Assembly (NCBI GenBank): GCA_964016885.1
Contig: OZ024740.1
Location: forward strand, 152,830,001 to 152,894,000
From: Eledone cirrhosa
Taxonomy: Eukaryota
DNA: 64,000 nt
Direction: 5' to 3'
Positions 40,006 to 51,932 of the stretch are shown one piece after another. The notes beneath the pieces are model-generated. The model worked only from the letters and a program-made list of their open reading frames with translations. It was not told the origin of the DNA and did not search any database. A program made the translations under genes and the position numbers. Every line of letters begins with the position of its first letter. The stretch's first letter is position 1.

Positions 40006-41992
40006 TTACTTCTCGTAGGGGAAGGACGGTTTTTCCATCCTTTTCACTGCTTGTGGCCTCCTCAGGAAGGATTCCTTATAAATCCTCCTGGAGAGTGCTT
40101 GTCGGAAGTCTCCGATGTCTTTGGGGAATTTTTGTTTTAGTGTCATGTACGTTTTCTGTGTGATGCGAGTGATTTGTATGTGTGGAGGTGGTGTGAATTT
40201 TGGGGTTGTTGTGTAGTCTTTTTCTGTGATGCTGGTGTTGTGTTGGATGTAGTGTAATAATTGCTTGTTGTTCAAATTTAATGCTGTGTAGTGTGTATCG
40301 TTTTGGTTGTTTTGTTTTGTTTGCGTTTGTTGTTGGTTTGTTTCTGTTTCGCATTTTGGTGACTTTTGTGGTGTAGGTGATGGTGGTGTTGGAGTTAATG
40401 ATGGTGATGGTGTTGGTGTTTGGGTTGATGGGGTTGGTGATGCTGGTGTGGATGGTGGCATATCTGTCCTAACTTTTTTGTTTCTTAGTTTATTTGTTTC
40501 CCTCTGTATTTTGTTTTTGGAGCAGGAAGGAAGAGAATTTTTTCTTTTTTGGTTTCTTTTTTTTTTTCCGGATATCGTTTCCCACTCCTCGTCGTCACAA
40601 TCTGTCTCCAGTTGTGATAGGCCGGGGAGTGGAAAATCCTCCACAGCCGTTAGTTTTGGTTGTGGTGTGGTGGATGGTGTAGGCGCTGGTGCTAGTTCTG
40701 AAGCGTTGGGTGGTGGTGGTGTTGGTTTTGCTGGTGGTGGTAGTGGTGTTGGTTTTGCTACTGTTGCTGGGGTTGTTGCTGTTATAGTTGCTTCTGTTGT
40801 TGCTGCTACAGTTGTTGCTGCCATCTCTGCTACTGGTGGTGTTGATGGTTGTGTCACTGGGGTGGGTAGGAGAGGTGGCCTCAACCTTTTAGCCTGAGGG
40901 CAGAAAGCCCTTAGGTGGGTTCCTTCACCACAAACGACACACCTAGGTCTTCTGCCCTCGACAATTACCGTGAGGTGGCTGCCGTCAGTGAGGTCTATTA
41001 CCTCTGGGATCTCCTCAATGCTTTTTTGGTCCGCTTGGATCAGGAGCTCCATCCCAGATCCGGACCAGTTTTCCTGCTTTTCTTTTGCTACTGCTATTAT
41101 TTTCGTGTTGGCTTCGATGCCGGCGAGGACAGCCGCTATTAGCCAGGGAATTTCGATGGCCGGTGGAACGTGGGTCACCCTGATCTTTACGAGTCTCTGG
41201 CCACAATAGCTTGGGACGAGTGTGAGGTCGTCACTTTTTAATGGGGCCATGGAGTGTTCTCTAGCCTCCTCTGGTGTTTCAAAGAACACATCCACGGTTC
41301 CATACTTTTACCCACGTCTGATGTGGGTTTTTCTTGCCCACACATGTCCCAAAGCTTTTTGGATTTGGGACTCGGATGCCCGTTCCACTCGGCGCGATTT
41401 TACATTTATTGTTCTATACGACACGGTGCACAGGCGCCGATGCTCCATTTTATTAGGTGGGGGTGAGGCTGACCCTGTACCCATCTTTCTTTACCATTTG
41501 TTTGGCATTTTCTAAATCTTCTTGAGTTACCGTGAACGCTTCGAATTGTTTTGCTACGATGGCGAAACTGAGGGTCGGTTTTATAATGTCATTGTTGTTG
41601 TTGTTGCTATCGTTATTTGTGTTAATCTTAATTTTTGTTTCAGTTGTGGTGGTGGTGACGTCATTCGTCTTTGGTGCGGAAGAGTCCATTTTGCTTGATT
41701 TCATTTCGAAATCACGAGTTAATTTGTTTTTTTCTTCTTTTGTTTCTGTTGTCGCGGTGGTGGTGGGGGTGGTGGTTGTCGCGGTGGTGGTGGTGGTGGA
41801 GGCTTTAACACCTGCAGTCATTGGTAATGGCGGGAAATGAATGTCTGCCTGAGACAAATTAAAAATATTGCTACTGCTTATATTTTTTTTTGTGTTGGCA
41901 AACGTAGTAAAATTTACAATGGTGGTGTCGGTGTGAGGTGTTATTTTGTGAGGAAGGCTTTCAGCTGCTTCGTGCAGAGGGGAATTAGCCAT
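40006..41992 (-). pseudogene. Tx1 ORF1 with CCHC knuckle, frameshift near 41460
   Basis: VEGRRPRCVVCGEGTHLRAFC; Pro/Thr-rich linker; ORFs 41453..41992 and 40006..41295. Confidence 0.85.
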
Positions 41993-42201
41993 TTTTTTTT
42001 CAAAGAAATTTTTGGATAATAATAAAAGTTAAAATTTTGGGCACAAGGCCGCAATCTTTTTGGGTGTCCTTTTCGGAAAACAATGTATGTGCGCTTATAA
42101 ACAGTTAACAATAAAATTTTCCATAAATGACAATTTTTAACAAACGGAAATAACAAACCTTTGCGGAGCTCACGATGATACGATTTGCTAAGTAGGTCGC
42201 C

Positions 42202-42265
<64 letters not shown>

Positions 42266-42508
42266 TTTTCTTTATTAACCACAAGGGTTTACATAAAGTA
42301 GACATTAAGGACAGTACAGGACAATACAGGACGGTACAAATGGGCATTTCTGCGTGTAATAAAAACAGAGGTTGAAATAAAATAACAAAGAAAAATTCCC
42401 CAATAAGGGGGAGACTTCCGAGGGACATTTGTGGAGAAAGCCCATTAAAAGACCACAGTGACCCTGATCACCACGGCAAGTGCCCTCTCCCAGTTTTCCA
42501 CCTTTAAT

Positions 42509-45500
42509 TTACAGACACATACTCAGAGAAGGCCCATTCATTCGGGCCATACTTGCTTCTCTCACCCATCTTTCAACAAAATGTTGGGAAGAGAGCACTT
42601 CCCTCTCTACCCTGATTTTCCTTTTCAAATGAAATTTGAAAAAGTTAATCAGGGCATCACCGAAGAGGTAAGTGCTCGTCTTCAGCCCTTTCAAACGTGT
42701 CCACCATACTATCTCTTTCGCCATGGCCACCAGACAGATAAAAACTGCCTGCCCTTCCCGGCTAAAGGAAGAGGGCGGGGCAATCCTCACGATGGACTCA
42801 GCTGATAGCTGGATCCGTCCTACACGTGACAGCAGGTGTTCGACATAAACCCACAAGTCAGGAATGCTCGGACACTGGACGAGTGCGTGCAGGACGGTTT
42901 CGTCGCCCTGTGCGCATCTCGGACATGCCCGGCTGACGGCACCTCCATGCCTGTAGAGTTTATCCCGAACTGGCAAAGCACCCCGGTAGCACTGACAGGC
43001 CAGGGATTTCTGGAAATTGTCCATAGGCCCCGGCCCGAAAGTCCTTCCGAAGAGATTGGCTAGTTGATTTTCGTCAACGCCTAGAGTTTCTCCAAGTACG
43101 TCGTCGCTCTTACCCTCCACTAATCCCCTATAGAACGCCAAGGTGGAGTTTCCACCGATCACATTGCCCGATTGGTCGAGGGCTGTGAGCGCCTGAAGAC
43201 ATTCCAGTCTCCAGGCGCTCCCTCTCGGTCTTCGCTTGACCCAGGACTGCAGCTCCGTCAAGGAGACGAGCTGGGGAAAAACGTGTCTAGCAAACGGCGA
43301 CCACACCTGATCACCGTCGAGGAAGAGGTGGAGATGTCGTAGCCTGAGCGCGTGTCTGCGCATCATCAGCCACGGCATGCCCAGCCCTCCACGTAGCGGG
43401 TGTTGACAGCAGATGGACCGCCTGACCATCGGAGCGCGTCCCTTCCACAAGAAGCGAAAGAGCAAACGCTCCAGCGCAGTCAGGCGGGGCTTAGGACAAG
43501 GTACGGCGGTCAGGCGGTAGTAGATGACGGACGCGATGTACGCGTTAGCCACCTCCGCTCGACCTTTCAGGGATAGCTTCCTCTCGGCCCATTTCTGGGT
43601 GAGAGAAGCCACCCTGCTCGTCACCTCGTCCCAGTTTTTGTCCGTCTGGAGGTCTGGACAGAACCAGACCCCTAGCAATTTAACCGGTCCGTCCGTCCAG
43701 CGCCCGACGACGCTGTTGGACGGCATGGACCTGCCTCTCCAGGTGCCGAGCTGCAGGCCCACTGACTTTTCCTGGTTGATCATTGCTCCTGTCACCGCTT
43801 CGTATTCTCTTAGTGTAGTGCCGATCGCCTCGATGTGTTTGGCGTTCGACACCACTACGGTGACATCGTTGGCATATGCTGACACGGATCTTCCGCATCC
43901 TAGTTCGCGCGGGACCCCCCCCCCCCCCCTCAACGTCTCCAGTTTGTGCAGTAATGGCTCGAGATTCAATACGTACAATAGGGACGAGAGGGAACATCCT
44001 TGGCGGACCGAGCGCATGATGTTGAACGGTTCCGAAAGGTGACCGTTCACTCTCACTACAGAGCAGATGTCGCTGTGCATGGCAGCGATCCAGCCTCTGA
44101 AGACGGGCCCAAAGCCAGCCGCCCTCAGGACTGTCGCTAGGTAACGATGGTCGACCCTATCGAAGGCTTTCGACTGATCTAAATTGATCAAAGACCCACC
44201 CGTGCCAGGTTCCCTAGCTACCCTCTCTACGATGTATCGCATGAGGTAGAGGTTGTCGTGGATGGATCTGTCGGGAATGGCGCATGTTTGTGCCTCTCCC
44301 ATCAGACCACCAACGACAAGCGCCAACCTCTTTGCTAGCACCTTGGCCAAAATCTTGAACTCTGTGTTTAGCAGAGTTATGGGCCTAAAATTATCTATGT
44401 TATCCCCCTTGTTCGGATCCTTTCTCAGCAGCGCCACCGCTCCTCGGCTCACAGAGCTGGGAATTCTCCTGTTCTGTTGCTAGTTGCAGTAGACGTCCGC
44501 CAAGAGGCCTCCGAACAAGTCTGGCATTTGTACGTAAAGTTCATAGGGCAGACCATCCAAACCAGGCGATTTACCCCTTGTGCAGCCAGTCATTGCCTCC
44601 CGTACTTCAGCGGTTGTTATCGGCTTTTCGCAACACTCCTCCTCAGTGGCCGAAACCCGCGGCAGTCCGTCGAGGTAGACACTAAAGTCCATCCCTCGAT
44701 CCGGCCCGCCACTGCCCCCGAACAATTGAGCGAAGTGTCGCTGAAAAGCTTCACACATTTGCCCGGGATCGAGTAGCATGCGCCCGTCGTGGTCCACCAA
44801 AGACCGGATCGTGGCTTTATTGCCTCGACGCGCCTCCGCCACTCGGGCCCATTGAACGGCTTTCGTCCCCTCGTGTCTGAGAGCACGCACCCTAGCTCTG
44901 ACAACGCAGCCTTCGTGCTTTGCATTGAAGAATTGGTCAAGGGCCAATTTCACCGCAAGTACGTCGGTCGCGATGCCTTTGCTAAGCGCCTCATCTAATT
45001 TTCTAACTAATTCTCCCTCTGCTCTATTTTTCTCTATTGCTAAAGTCTTACTAAACCTAATGGACTCTATTCTAATTGCTCTTTTCAGAGCAAACCACCA
45101 CTTGTTGTTGACGATGGCCCCCGTCAACGCCCGCTTAACTAGTTCGCTAATCCGGTCTCTGTAGGCCTTGCGCGCTGGTATGGACGCGTTTGGCTTCCAG
45201 TAGCCGGGTCCTCGTCTATGAAGCCTATCTAAGTCAAGCACACAGATCACGAATTTGTGGTCCGTGTAGCTGACTATCTTGAATTGTGGACAGCCTATGC
45301 TAGACCTATCTATTTCCCTACAAAATACTCTATCTAGATATGATCTGTATGACCCTATGAGATTTGTCCAAGTCCACATTGGTACATTCGGGAAATCCAT
45401 TCGGTACCTGTCAGACAGTTCAAAACGCCTGAGCAGGTTGGTGAGACTCTTGCACCCTCCTTCCCTATCCACTAATCCCACACAATCCCAGCGTGCATCT

Positions 45501-45937
45501 AAGATCCCGTTCCAGTCGCCCACTAACACTAAAGAGCGGGACGTTCCAAGAAAGGTCTCCAGACGCCGGAAGAAATCAGGCCGCCCTGCTCCTGTCGGGG
45601 CATAGACGGCCACTAACCTGAAAGCTTGCCCGTCTCCGCTGGTCACGTCCAGCACCACCAACTTACCTTCTGGGTCCAGGAAGATGGCCCGTATGGCAAG
45701 ATCCAAACCTCTCCGAAAAAGCACAGCAACTCCTCCCCCCGATCCCGGACGGCTGGGAGATGCGTACACATCGTAGCCGCCGAAGATCGGTGTGAAAGCC
45801 TGTGCTTCGGAGATTCTGGTCTCGCTGATGGCCACTACATCTATGTTTAGTGACCTGAGGTCGTTGAGCAGGTGGCCCTGCTTCCATGACGACCCCAAGC
45901 CACGCGCATTTATGCTGCCTATTCTGAGTGAGGTCAT
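42509..45937 (-). pseudogene. Tx1 ORF2 (APE-RT), nonsense codon at 44480 and YADD changed to YAND
   Basis: ORFs 44480..45937 (485 aa) and 42509..44452 (647 aa) are in one frame, with TGG>TAG relative to copy 1. Confidence 0.93.
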
Positions 45938-45971
45938 GTTGAAAAGGAGTGGAAAAGATGGGAAAGACCAC

Positions 45972-47955
45972 TTACCTTACTTCTCGTAGGGGAAGGACGG
46001 TTTTTCCATCCTTTTCACTGCTTGTGGCCTCCTCAGGAAGGATGTCCTTATAAATCCTCCTGGAGAGTGCTTGTCGGAAGTCTCCGATGTCTTTGGGGAA
46101 TTTTTGTTTTAGTGTCATGTACGTTTTCTGTGTGATGCGAGTGATTTGTATGTGTGGAGGTGGTGTGAATTTTGGGGTTGTTGTGTAGTCTTTTTCTGTG
46201 ATGCTGGTGTTGTGTTGGATGTAGTGTAATAATTGCTTGTTGTTCAAATTTAATGCTGTGTAGTGTGTATCGTTTTGGTTGTTTTGTTTTGTTTGCGTTT
46301 GTTGTTGGTTTGTTTCTGTTTCGCATTTTGGTGACTTTTGTGGTGTGGTGTTGGAGTTAATGATGGTGATGGTGTTGGTGTTTGGGTTGATGGGGTTGGT
46401 GATGCTGGTGTGGATGGTGGCATATCTGTCCTAACTTTTTTGTTTCTTAGTTTATTTGTTTCCCTCTGTATTTTGTTTTTGGAGGGGGAAGGAAGAGAAT
46501 TTTTTCTTTTTTGGTTTCTTTTTTTTTTTCCGGATATCGTTTCCCACTCCTCGTCGTCACAATCTGTCTCCAGTTGTGATAGGCCGGGGAGTGGAAAATC
46601 CTCCACAGCCGTTAGTTTTGGTTGTGGTGTGGTGGATGGTGTAGGCGCTGGTGCTAGTTCTGAAGCGTTGGGTGGTGGTGGTGTTGGTTTTGCTGGTGGT
46701 GGTAGTGGTGTTGGTTTTGCTACTGTTGCTGGGGTTGTTGCTGTTATAGTTGCTTCTGTTGTTGCTGCTACAGTTGTTGCTGCCATCTCTGCTACTGGTG
46801 GTGTTGATGGTTGTGTCACTGGGGTGGGTAGGAGAGGTGGCCTCAACCTTTTAGCCTGAGGGCAGAAAGCCCTTAGGTGGGTTCCTTCACCACAAACGAC
46901 ACACCTAGGTCTTCTGCCCTCGACAATTACCGTGAGGTGGCTGCCGTCAGTGAGGTCTATTACCTCTGGGATCTCCTCAATGCTTTTTTGGTCCGCTTGG
47001 ATCAGGAGCTCCATCCCAGATCCGGACCAGTTCTCCTGCTTTTCTTTTGCTATTGCTATTATTTTTGTGTTGGCTTCGATGCCGGCGAGGACGGCCGCTA
47101 TTAGCCAGGGAATTTCGATGGCCGGTGGAACGTGGGTCACCCTGATCTTTACGAGTCTCTGGCCACAATAGCTTGGGACGAGTGTGAAGTCGTCACTTTT
47201 TAATGGGGCCATGGAGTGTTCTCTAGCCTCCTCTGGTGTTTCAAAGAACACGTCCACGGTTCCATACTTCTGCCCACGTCTGATGTGGGTTTTTCTTGCC
47301 CACACTTGTCCCAATGCTTTTTGGATTTGGGACTCGGATGCCCGTTCCACTCGGCGCGATTTTACATTTATTATTCGATACGACACAGTGCATAGGCGCC
47401 GATGCTCCATTTTATTAGGTGGCGGGGTGAGGCTGACCCTGTACCCATCTTTCTTTACCATTTGTTTGGCATTTTCTAAATCCTCCTGAGTTACCGTAAA
47501 TGCTTCGAACTGTTTTGCTACTTGGCAAAACTGAGGGTAGTTTTTTTAATGTCATTGTTGTTGTTGTTGCTATCGTTATTTTTGTTATTATTAATTTTAG
47601 TTTCAGTTGTGGTGGTGGTGACGTCAGTGAAATTCTGTTTGGGAGAGTCCATTTTGGAAAATATTTCGACATCACGAGTTGATTTATTTTTTCTTTTTGT
47701 TTCTGTTGTCGCGGTGGTGGTGGTGGTGGTGGTGGTGGTTGTCGCGGTGGTGGTGGTGGTGGTGGCGGCTTTAACACCTGCAGTCATTGGTAATGGCAGG
47801 AAATGAATGTCTGCCTGAGACAAATTTAAAATATTGCTAGTGCTTAAATTGTGTGTGTTGGCAGACGTAATATCATTTACAATGGTGGTGTCGGTGTGAG
47901 GTGTTAATTTGTGAGAAAGGCTTTCAGCTGCTTGGTGCAGTGGTGAATTAGCCAT
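45972..47955 (-). pseudogene. Tx1 ORF1 with CCHC knuckle, frameshifted
   Basis: MANSPLH start at 47955; ORFs 47518.., 46250..47461 and 45972..46247. Confidence 0.85.
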
Positions 47956-48164
47956 TTTTTTTAAAAGAAATTTTTTGATAATCATAAAAGTTTAAATTTT
48001 GGGCACAAGGCCCCAATCTTTTTGGGTGTCCTTTTCGGAAAACAATGTATGTGCGCTTATATATAGTTAACAATAAAAATTTTCCATAAATGGCAATTTT
48101 TAACAAACGGAAATAACAAACCTTTGCGGAGCTCACGATAATACGATTTACTACGTAGGTCGCC

Positions 48165-48230
<66 letters not shown>

Positions 48231-48342
48231 TGTTTCTCCTTTTTGGCACAAGGCCAGCAATTATCCCAGTACATTACTGGTACTTTATTTTATCGACCCC
48301 GTAAGGATGAAAGGCAAAGTTAACTTCGGCGGGATTTGAACT
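48231..48342 (-). mobile_element. SINE body (B box to tail); its head lies at 49166-49226
   Basis: Begins at agttcaaatcccgccg; its (ATT)n tail abuts the 5' end of Tx1 copy 2. Confidence 0.85.
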
Positions 48343-48383
48343 ATAATAATAATAATAATTTGAATAATAATAATAATAATAAT

Positions 48384-49165
48384 GATTTCTTTATTGGCCA
48401 CAAGGGCTGACATCAAGAAAAACATTACAGACGGCACAGGACGGTACAGGACGGTACGATGAGGGTTTTGTGCGTGTAAAGATTTTTATTATTTATATAA
48501 GAAAAGAAAAAAAAGACATAGAAACATATATATATATAAACAATAAAAATGAAAATTGAAACAATGAAAAATTCCCCAATAGGGGGGAAATCTCTGAGGG
48601 TTACTCGTGGCGAAAACCACACAAAAGAGCACGGCCACTCTGACCACCAGGGCAAGTGCCGTCTCTCAATTTTTCCATTTCTCAAACTACAGGCGTATAT
48701 TCAGAGCGGTCCCGTTCACTCGGACCATTCTCGCTACATTCACCCACCTTTCAACAAACTTGCTAGAAGGCAGCACTTGCCTCTCCACTCTGATTTACCT
48801 CTTCAAGTGAAACTTGAAAAAGTTAATTAGGGATTCGCCGAAGAGGAAAGTATCTGTCTTTAACCCTTTCAACCTTATCCACCACACACTCTCTTTCGCT
48901 ATGGCCACCAGGCAGATGAAAACCGCCCGCCCTTCCTCCTTGAAGGAAGACGGCGAGACCATCTGCACAATGGACTCAGTCGCTAACCGGATCAGTCCTA
49001 CACGCGACAGACACTGTTCGACATAGCTCCACAAGTCAGCAATGCTGGGGCACTGAACGAGTGCGTGCACGACAGTCTCGTCGCTCTGCGCGCATCTCGG
49101 ACAGGCTCGGCTGACGGCACTTCCGTGCCTGTAGAGCTTATCTCGAACCGGCAACGCTCCCCGGT
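48384..49165 (-). mobile_element. 5'-truncated Tx1 fragment
   Basis: YRGALPVRDKLYRHG..CPRCAQ..FFKFHLKR; 3' end gcccttgtggccaataaagaaatc(ATT)n. Confidence 0.9.
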
Positions 49166-49226
49166 AGGGCCGTAACTCTATGCCACAAAGCATATTGTTC
49201 GACGCTCTACCAATGCTGCCAACCCA

Positions 49227-49280
<54 letters not shown>

Positions 49281-49515
49281 TTAATAATAATAATAATAAT
49301 AGTAATAATAATAATAACGATTTCTAGTACAAGCACAGGGCCAGTAATTTGGGGCGAGTGGAAAGTCAATTAAATCGACCTCAGTACGTTACTGGTGCAT
49401 TATTTTATCGACCCCGTAAGGATGAACCTCGGAGGGATCTGAATCAGACTGTAAAGGGATGTAACTCTATGCTGCAAATCATGGCGCCCGTCTCTCCACC
49501 GATACTACCAATCCA
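49166..49515 (-). mobile_element. SINE head (49166-49226), (AAT)n, and a further full SINE (49318-49515)
   Basis: Reverse of tgggttggcagcattggtagagcgtcg..gttacggccct; second copy has core and tail agaaatcgttatt. Confidence 0.8.
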
Positions 49516-49533
49516 AATAATAATAATAATAAT

Positions 49534-49619
49534 TTCTGTATTCACTACAAAGGGCTTACATTAAGAAAACATTAGGATGGCACAGGACGAAAACAGAGTT
49601 TGTGCATCTGTGTGTGTAT

Positions 49620-49703
<84 letters not shown>

Positions 49704-50612
49704 GCGTGTGTGCGTGCGCGCGAGTGCGTGCATCGGTGTGTGTGTCCTGCGTGTAAACCGGTTTAACAATAGTAAAAGAAAGGTAACAATAAACATGTGA
49801 AATCCTCAATAAGGAGGAGACGTTCGAAGGCTGCACAGAGAAAAACCCACACAACCACGGCTGTCCCGAATTCCAAGGCAAGTGACCCATCTCTGTTGTT
49901 CTCCTTCTATGTACAGGCGCACACTCAGAGCGGACCCATTTACGCGTCTCTCACCCACCTTTAAACAAACTGCTTGGAAAGCAGCACCTCACTCTATACC
50001 CTAATTTTCCTCATTGGGTGAAACCTGAAAAAGTTAATCTGAGCGCTGCCGAAGAAGAAAGTGCTTATCTTCAACCCGTTCAAACGTGTCCTCCACACGA
50101 CCTCTTTCGCCATGGCAACCAGGCAGATAAAAACAGCCTGTCCTTCTTGACCAAGTGAAGGCGGCGCGGCGATCTTCACAATGGATTCAGCTGATAGCCA
50201 GATTCGTCCTACATGCAGTAGAAGATGTTCGACATACATCAGTCAGCAATGCTCGGACTCTGGGTGTGTGTGTAAATGACGGTTTCGTCGCCCTGTGCAC
50301 ATCTCTGACAGACCAGGCTGACGGCACTTTCATGCCTGTAGAGTTTATCCCGAACTGATGAAGCTCCCCGGTAGCATTGCTAGGCCAGGGATTTCTGGAA
50401 ACTATTCATGGGCTCTGAACCGAAGATCCTCCCATAAAGAGTAGTTGATTTTCGTCGATGACAAGAGCTTACCCAAAAATGTCGTCGCTTTTATCCTCTA
50501 CTAACGCTCTACAGAACGCCAATGTGGTGTTTCTACCGATCATACTGTTCGATTGGTAGAGGGCTGTGAGCGCTTGAAGACATTTTAGTTTCAAAGCGCT
50601 ACCTCTCGGTCT
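49534..50612 (-). mobile_element. Older 5'-truncated Tx1 fragment with (TG)n expansion in its 3' UTR
   Basis: ORF 49994..50239 AESIVKIA..AVFICLVAMAKE; aligns with family B ORF2 end. Confidence 0.88.
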
Positions 50613-51027
50613 CCTCTATATCTCCTTCTCATTTCCCCTCTCTCACTTTCTATTTTTCTCTGGAAGAATTCTGCTGTACTCAGGCCCTGGAGATGGATGG
50701 GCTCCTCCAGGCTTAAAATGCCCAAGAAACGGTGTATGTCAATACGGCGCCCCAACGACTCTACATTTCGAATACGCAGCAAACTTTATTAACAAACTAG
50801 GAAAAATTCGCAGACACAGAAACGAACACACGCACATGTGAAATTCTCGTTCAGACAGACTCTTTTTCAACATGAACATTTATTTTTGCTGAATCTCAAC
50901 TATTGCTTATTCTTTCCACCAAGTTTTTTTTTCATCGTTCACACAAATTGAACTCGCCATATTTGTTATACTAAGTGAAGCCTTTCTTTCTTTTTCATCA
51001 TATTGTCACGTTCACATACACATTTTT

Positions 51028-51127
51028 CAAAATGGCTGCCAACGACCTGTTGCACTATCATTTTCGCGCCCTTTTCTCGCGCAATAGAAATATTTTTTTT
51101 CTCAACTTAACCTTGTTTCGGCACGTG
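51028..51127. promoter_or_regulatory. Promoter-like motif cluster
   Basis: YY1-like CAAAATGGCTGCC, E2F-like TTTTCGCGCC and TCGCGC, E-box CACGTG within 100 bp. Confidence 0.25.
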
Positions 51128-51932
51128 TAGGCAGCACACATCTCGACTCACTGAGATAACCACACGCCAGGGATAATGTTTCTCGCCAAGGATTCTCCAG
51201 CCTTAAGCTATATTCTCCTATTTGCCGGTTTAAAAATTTACCACGTAAATTTGCCGTTGAAAACTGCGCATTTATTCAGAATGCTTATTTCTTTGGTCGC
51301 TGGTCTCTTGACCCCTCCAGGTCAACGCATTCTCAACATCGACCATCAACTTTGGCTGTTATTTCTAGCACTTTGCGCAACTCATTTTTTTTCTGGGAAA
51401 ACTTTTACAGTGAATTTAAACAGCATCGAATACGCTCACACCGCGAGACAACAACATCAACAGCAACACAGCTTCATCAACAACCAAAACCAGCAGAACA
51501 AGCCAGAGAATTTATTTTTGCAGCACTCTTCCCGTTGAGAAAATCCCTTCGGAGGTTGGAAATTTCACGTTATACCACAGACCAGAAACCACCTGCATTC
51601 ATTCTTTGGAACACACTTTCTTTCCTGCTGTCATGTGATTGCACACCTGTGAACTGAATTTTGAACATTTGAACTTTGACCTCTTCTTTTACTTTGATTA
51701 CATTGTATCTTTGAGTGACGGATAGATAGATGTCCAGTCGTTCTCTGGCCAAGAGCGGTTGGCTACCTTGATATCTATCATTGATTTTTGCATGCATATA
51801 TTTTGCTGTTTTCCTTTTATTGCAAACATTATTTTTTTCGAAATTTTCATGCCTGTTACATGCTCGCCATCTTACTCCATACCATACATGTTTCATTCGA
51901 TTTTTATATTTTAAAAATCTGGCGGGAGATAA

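Larger units (their letters stand above)
36299..42201 (-). mobile_element. Full-length Tx1-type element, family B, copy 1
   Basis: Starts (ATT)n|GGCGACCTAC; ORF1 then ORF2; ends cccttgtggttaataaagaaaac|(ATT)n. Confidence 0.95.
42265..48164 (-). mobile_element. Full-length Tx1-type element, family B, copy 2 (head-to-tail with copy 1)
   Basis: Same termini as copy 1; separated from it only by (AAT)n at 42202-42264. Confidence 0.95.

Noticed and set aside
26741-45937. Prokaryotic RT systems (retron, DGR, group II intron)
   Set aside because: The RTs are fused to an APE endonuclease and preceded by a CCHC ORF1, i.e. L1/Tx1 LINEs.
37558-47489. Many plus-strand ORFs over the Tx1 copies
   Set aside because: Antisense shadows of GC-rich ORF1/ORF2.
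50660-50800. Possible plus-strand exon after a pyrimidine tract
   Set aside because: Weak donor, no recognisable peptide, adjacent to a LINE breakpoint.
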